Source of the DNA: a virus
Lineage: Duplodnaviria; Caudoviricetes
Strand: one strand, 5' to 3'
Virus record (IMG/VR): IMGVR_UViG_3300029305_003192
DNA length: 64,000 nt
The position numbers and the translations under genes were made by a program. The notes beneath the pieces are model-generated. The model was not told the origin of the DNA and did no database searches. It was given only the letters and a program-made list of their open reading frames with translations. This document shows positions 59,383-64,000 of the stretch, piece after piece. Each line of letters begins with the position of its first letter. Positions within the stretch are counted from its first letter, which is position 1.

Positions 59383-61209
59383 ATGGTAACTCCAAAGATG
59401 CTCGGTCACGTTAGACCGGACTACCTTTTCAATTATTCAAGTAAACCAGGACGAGTTTATCCTGGTACAGATGCGAATTTCTTCTGCATACACGATGGGT
59501 ATGCATATGAGTTTTTTACGGCTGCTAATAAGATTATCGCCATATATAAAGTAATAACCGATGAAGATGATTATATCATAGATTTCGAATTTGTCAAAAT
59601 TATATCCATTGGCAATATTAATAAAAGCTATAGATGGGTGGTAATTGATGGTTATGCAATAGCATTTACGGTTTCAGGTTCATCGACCTCGGCACCAAAT
59701 AGTAGCAATAATTCATACAGGGTTTCGGCATCCGCGACTTCCAACTTACAATTATCGTTATTCAAGCTGAATGGTACCAGTGTAATAGAAAGCTATATTA
59801 ACCACGGGACAATAGCGAGCGCTAGCTCATCTGCTAACGCTCCAGATGCGATTACGGATGCCAGTGATAAACGAATCGACCTCAAGTTTATGATATACGA
59901 CGATGTAAATGTACGTATAGCCGTGTATGCCTATGCCAAAGCGAGTGGAACGTATACATATAATGGTTCTACATCATCATGTAACGGATCGGCATCTAGT
60001 ACATCGGCAATAGTTCATTTTAATATACGCGATATTATTTCAGCCATTGAGAGTGGTGGGGACGCATCAGCTTTAGTTGTCAAAGAGTCAGGTACTGGTA
60101 ATTTGTATATGACCGGATTAAATGATTATGTGATGTATAGCAGGCAGATCCAGGATGGTACAACTAGTGCAAAAAATGGTTTGTGGAAATATACAATTAA
60201 TGATGACAATTCATGTACTATCGATACCTCTGCGGTAACAACCGCCCCGACTAATATTCCCACTGTATTCACATTAAATGGATACCAGTTTGGTGAATAT
60301 GACCAAATGTCCGGTAGATATTTATATACCGACAGTAATACCAATGCTGTAAATCAGGTGCCTTGGTACGTGGTATGGTTAGGTAGAAGTGATAAAAGTT
60401 ATAGTAATGTGGTCGGTTTTAAAGGCGGACAGGTCGCATTATCAAAAAATATTCCTACCATGGATAGCATAGGCGATTATTTCCTCAATTATGATGGTAA
60501 AAGATATGCACAGACATTAGCATATGATATAGTCAATAACACCAACCTTATTAGCACTATTGCAGAACGTACAATGGATCAGATTTCTACTATCATGTAT
60601 GCTTCTAAGATAGATACCTCGATTGATAGTATTTGTTATTATATCGAGTATAAGAGATTACCATTACTAAAACTTGCCGGTGGACATATCGTCACATATA
60701 ATGGTAGGTGGTATTGTATTGGTATGCAGCACACCACTAATGGATTCATATCCAATTCGGCGATTGCCGGTGATACCGTAAACGACCTATACGGTAAGCT
60801 TATTTTTACAACCATCGAGTATGATGAAGATACCGATGAATTCTATAATGTATTTAGAAGTCGAAAACCTGCAGTGTCGGCAGATAATAGTATAGTTGAA
60901 ATCACACGCATGGATTATATACTTAATACCTCCGAGTTCAGCATATCCACACCAATTATATACATACTTGATGCCGATGAGGATGATAGAGTAAGCATAG
61001 TAACATATAGAGAGGTATTCACTTCGAAAACTGCTTATACTTCAGAAACTTATATAAATGCTTACGGTACGATCGATTTCAGTAGTCATCCATTAATTAT
61101 TAATCCTGGGCATAAACTATATATATGCTACGGTACACCAGATGCTCCTGCAGTATATCACATATATCCAGAGTTTACAATTTATGGATGTAAATTGACT
61201 AATTCATAA
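59383..61209 (+). CDS. beta-rich putative receptor-binding protein (608 aa)
   Basis: Tyr/Ser/Thr/Ile-rich ORF within the fibre cluster. Confidence 0.55.
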   Translation: MVTPKMLGHVRPDYLFNYSSKPGRVYPGTDANFFCIHDGYAYEFFTAANKIIAIYKVITDEDDYIIDFEFVKIISIGNINKSYRWVVIDGYAIAFTVSGSSTSAPNSSNNSYRVSASATSNLQLSLFKLNGTSVIESYINHGTIASASSSANAPDAITDASDKRIDLKFMIYDDVNVRIAVYAYAKASGTYTYNGSTSSCNGSASSTSAIVHFNIRDIISAIESGGDASALVVKESGTGNLYMTGLNDYVMYSRQIQDGTTSAKNGLWKYTINDDNSCTIDTSAVTTAPTNIPTVFTLNGYQFGEYDQMSGRYLYTDSNTNAVNQVPWYVVWLGRSDKSYSNVVGFKGGQVALSKNIPTMDSIGDYFLNYDGKRYAQTLAYDIVNNTNLISTIAERTMDQISTIMYASKIDTSIDSICYYIEYKRLPLLKLAGGHIVTYNGRWYCIGMQHTTNGFISNSAIAGDTVNDLYGKLIFTTIEYDEDTDEFYNVFRSRKPAVSADNSIVEITRMDYILNTSEFSISTPIIYILDADEDDRVSIVTYREVFTSKTAYTSETYINAYGTIDFSSHPLIINPGHKLYICYGTPDAPAVYHIYPEFTIYGCKLTNS

Positions 61210-61223
61210 ATGGAGGTGATAGT

Positions 61224-61931
61224 ATGTATCTTATCTACGATATCGTATGTGGTGATTGTTTGAATATCTACGATGGCGATATTCGAACGTTCGATAAGTC
61301 GTTTAAAACGGGTACTGCTTACTATAATTCGGAATCGTTCGGATATATCGAGGTTCCAGAAGACTGTGTTGAGAATATAAATACAAACGGACTCGATAAT
61401 TACAAGGTTATCGATGGTGAAGTAGTATATGAAAAGCCCGCGGCAGAAATTATTCCCGATCCAGAGGAACCACCTACTGAGGAGGATAATGTAGTAGTTG
61501 GTGAATCTGCTCTCGAATATATGATTACTATGAAATGTGAAGAGATTAATAATACATGCCATGCTGCCATCATTGCAGGTATAGACGTGGAAACATCTTA
61601 TGGTCTCGAGCATTTCAGCCTCACTAAAGATGATCAGTCTAATATTCAGCAGTGGTATGCAATTGCTAAGACAACTGATGTCAATCTTCCATATCATGCA
61701 GATGATGGTGATTGTAAGCCCTATACAAATACCGACATCATTAAGATTGGTAGTATGGCCACAGCTCATATTACACATCATACAACTTACTGTAACCAGT
61801 TAAAGAAGTATGTAAAGTCACTTACATCTGTAAAGGATGTATTCGATGTCGAATACGGAGTTACTCAGTTAACGGGCGAGTTCCTCGAGAAGTACGAAAC
61901 TTGTATGGGACTCCTTGCGGTGCTTAATTAA
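61224..61931 (+). CDS. tail fibre assembly/chaperone-like protein (DUF4376-like)
   Basis: C.AAI.AGIDV..HFSLT.DDQ.N..PYHAD..C..Y..HTTYCNQLK.Y..V.YG. Confidence 0.68.
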   Translation: MYLIYDIVCGDCLNIYDGDIRTFDKSFKTGTAYYNSESFGYIEVPEDCVENINTNGLDNYKVIDGEVVYEKPAAEIIPDPEEPPTEEDNVVVGESALEYMITMKCEEINNTCHAAIIAGIDVETSYGLEHFSLTKDDQSNIQQWYAIAKTTDVNLPYHADDGDCKPYTNTDIIKIGSMATAHITHHTTYCNQLKKYVKSLTSVKDVFDVEYGVTQLTGEFLEKYETCMGLLAVLN

Positions 61932-61942
61932 CAAAAAAAAAT

Positions 61943-61975
61943 GAATCGAGTAGGCTAATGAAACCTACTCGATTC
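61943..61975 (-). terminator. intrinsic terminator with a U-tract on the minus strand
   Basis: GAATCGAGTAGG/CCTACTCGATTC stem; the A9 run on its left reads as a T9 tract after the hairpin on the minus strand. Confidence 0.75.
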
Positions 61976-62395
61976 TTACCCTATATTCCACTCAAAGTGT
62001 GCTGGGTTAATAGCCACCAGTGACGAGTATCGGATAGTCCCATAGTCTTTATCACTATGGGAGTCCGTACCATTTGTCACCGGCGTTTGACGCTTTGAGC
62101 TTCCTACCGGGTGTGATGAATAACAACCTAATGTGTGGTACGTACCACCCTTTCGGCCAGGTCGTACCAATCAGAGGTAAGTGCCTTCATTGCTGAAGGT
62201 TGAACCCTCTGATATGAGGTAGGTTGTTTTCAAGACCGTACCAGTATCTCACGACACAAATACGGTCAAGCAAGCATATCCTATTACTGAGATATACTTT
62301 GCGTTCACCCTAGTAGGCGTAGCTTTATATATAAACAGTGCAATTCAATGCACAGGTATTATAGTAGTTTCATCACGATACTATCTATAACGCAC
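61976..62395 (-). ncRNA. candidate large structured non-coding RNA (~420-450 nt)
   Basis: No credible ORF; many nested helices, GCAA and GAAA tetraloops on the minus strand, a possible pseudoknot; promoter-like TATATATGAT upstream and a terminator downstream. Confidence 0.6.
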
Positions 62396-62459
62396 TAATA
62401 TCATATATATTTGAACCCTCTGACAATTTTAATAATTATTAAAAAGGAGGAATCTTATT

Positions 62460-62834
62460 ATGACACCAGCTCAGAAAATCGCCGCAAATTATAAGGCAAA
62501 AAATATGCAGGAACCTGACCCTAACGCGGTTCCAGAGAACAAAACTACATTACCGGTTGAGGAGGAAACACCAATGGCAGAAGTAAATACAGCCCCAGTA
62601 CAGGAAACTGCTCCAGGATCTGCTCAGGAACAGGTAGTGGTGATTCCAGTAACAGGAATCTCCGCACTTATCAACGCACTCAATGACACTCAGAAGAACC
62701 TTATGGAATTTAAGTTCCATGATGTAACTGCAGGAGAGCTTACCGATTATCTTGCAAATATTACAAATATTCAGCAGTGCGTACAGTATCTCGGTGAAGT
62801 TGTTAAGGCAAACTACGAGAATCTTCATAAGTAA
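62460..62834 (+). CDS. hypothetical protein (124 aa)
   Basis: AAGGAGG RBS. Confidence 0.75.
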   Translation: MTPAQKIAANYKAKNMQEPDPNAVPENKTTLPVEEETPMAEVNTAPVQETAPGSAQEQVVVIPVTGISALINALNDTQKNLMEFKFHDVTAGELTDYLANITNIQQCVQYLGEVVKANYENLHK

Positions 62835-62847
62835 TCGGTGATATAAT

Positions 62848-63012
62848 ATGGCAAGAAAATCATCAGGGAATTTCTTTACCGTTAAAGAAGCTGCAGAATT
62901 TCTCGGAGTGTCAACTGTTACAATGTACCGTTATATAAAAGACGGTGGAGTAGAGGCGGTAAAGCCATTAATGAAACTGACTGGTCTCGATAACGACAAT
63001 GCTGAGAAATAA
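62848..63012 (+). CDS. small excisionase-like (HTH_17/MerR-type) DNA-binding protein, missing from the ORF track
   Basis: Hand translation MARKSSGNFFTVKEAAEFLGVSTVTMYRYIKDGGVEAVKPLMKLTGLDNDNAEK. Confidence 0.75.
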   Translation: MARKSSGNFFTVKEAAEFLGVSTVTMYRYIKDGGVEAVKPLMKLTGLDNDNAEK

Positions 63013-63054
63013 AAGAGTAAATAGAGGAAAGCGAATCATCGCTTTCCTCTATTT

Positions 63055-64000
63055 TTATATCTCTTGGAAGTTAGTACATTCAATATGGTCCTTGTATGCC
63101 CTGAACCCATTTTCAGATTCGATAATATCTGATTTGACTACACCATTAGCACCAAATGCTATCTGGTCAGTATTGGGTTCGATGTTATGAGCATATAGGT
63201 TACCCTTATTATCTACACCAATCTTTGCGATATATAAATCATTTAGATCGTCCATAGACAACCTCATTGCGTATACTCGCATATCATACAACGAAAGTCC
63301 GTTGGCAAGATTACCCTCGAGATCTTTGCCAATAATCATATTACCAGTACCGGTTTCAACATTACTTGTCTCATCGAACTGAGTTCCATATGCTTCATTA
63401 TCGTCAACGCGGACTTCAACGGAACCTTTATAATACGATACGGAGAAGAAGTGCCAGCCATCGGTAAGGGTACTAACATCATACGAATGATTACAATAGG
63501 AATCTTCGGTTTCGATCACAACTTCTATGGAACCGTTAAGAAATTTTATCTCTGTCAGGTCATTCTCGAATGATAAAACGGGATATGATTGACCTTGTGT
63601 CATACCAGACCAGCTGGCCACCTTAGCCCAGAATGTATAATTACACCCTGGTGTGTTGAGTTCAATATTTGGTGTAGAGAAATATCCACGACCATCGAAC
63701 GCGACGCTACCATATGACAGAGGAGAGTTCGATTGCCATACTACAATACCGTCGATAACTGTATCATGGCCAAATCCACTTAAGTCGGATAATCCATATG
63801 ATGCATACTCATCAGTATTATATATGAGCGGGTCCGCTCCTCTAGACAAAAGCTGCCTGAATATAAGGGGTCTTGAAATTATATCTATCTCTTTGGTAGA
63901 TAAGCAGTGGTCATATATACGAATATCACTATATCTGAAATCAGTTCGTGTGATTGTAATTGGTATATTTATGGAATAGTCTGTCCACTGTACAGTATAG
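63055..64000 (-). CDS. LamG-domain tail protein, 5' end probably outside the window; paralog of 46561..48417
   Basis: The frame continues upstream of the tracked start as SDIRIYDHCLSTKEI (cf. CDFRLYDHCLSKKEI); WHFFSVSY..DMRVYAMRLS. Confidence 0.72.
   Translation of the reverse strand, partial: YTVQWTDYSINIPITITRTDFRYSDIRIYDHCLSTKEIDIISRPLIFRQLLSRGADPLIYNTDEYASYGLSDLSGFGHDTVIDGIVVWQSNSPLSYGSVAFDGRGYFSTPNIELNTPGCNYTFWAKVASWSGMTQGQSYPVLSFENDLTEIKFLNGSIEVVIETEDSYCNHSYDVSTLTDGWHFFSVSYYKGSVEVRVDDNEAYGTQFDETSNVETGTGNMIIGKDLEGNLANGLSLYDMRVYAMRLSMDDLNDLYIAKIGVDNKGNLYAHNIEPNTDQIAFGANGVVKSDIIESENGFRAYKDHIECTNFQEI

Noticed and set aside
61976-62170. 64-aa minus-strand ORF in the structured gap
   Set aside because: No ATG start or convincing RBS and no protein-like motif; the helices explain the sequence better
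61976-62400. tmRNA, RNase P RNA, tRNA or group I intron identity
   Set aside because: No tRNA-like ends or T-loop, only a weak GGATAGTCC resemblance to the RNase P GGAAAGUCC, and no interrupted host gene
62848-63012. Excisionase as evidence of a temperate lifestyle
   Set aside because: HTH_17 proteins are general DNA binders, and no integrase or att site is visible
1-64000. CRISPR array, tRNA genes, integrase or IS elements
   Set aside because: No regularly spaced repeats, cloverleafs, recombinase or transposase motifs seen by eye
1-64000. Stop-codon reassignment
   Set aside because: Known genes are full length in the standard code and coding density is high

Overview
A 64-kb piece of a jumbo phage genome of the phiKZ/AR9(PBS1)-like type that encodes its own multisubunit RNA polymerases. 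The host is probably a Firmicute (inferred from strong GGAGG ribosome-binding sites, a Gram-positive-type endolysin and clostridial-like GH5 enzymes). The left ~41.6 kb is almost all on the minus strand. It encodes split RNAP subunits (beta-N, beta-C and beta'-C of a presumed non-virion enzyme, plus a second short beta-C of a presumed virion enzyme), NAD-dependent DNA ligase, RecA/UvsX, a tubulin/FtsZ (PhuZ/TubZ-like) protein, GyrA/GyrB and a two-catalytic-domain endolysin. The right part (42.2-61.9 kb, plus strand) is a tail-fibre/receptor-binding cluster with a Cys-repeat protein and three tandem GH5 glycoside hydrolases. The most notable candidates are: (1) a 1142-aa enzyme polyprotein (nuclease, GNAT, kinase, GNAT, small domain, permuted papain-like) whose domains are separated by repeated A-x-E-S motifs resembling head-protease cleavage sites; (2) a ~450-nt highly structured ncRNA with its own promoter-like motif and terminator at 61.9-62.4 kb; (3) a CxxxC-repeat tail-cluster protein next to the GH5 triplet; (4) short shared terminal motifs that suggest a modular fibre network; (5) two promoter classes readable directly from the DNA. 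All calls come from motif recognition by eye; no searches were run.
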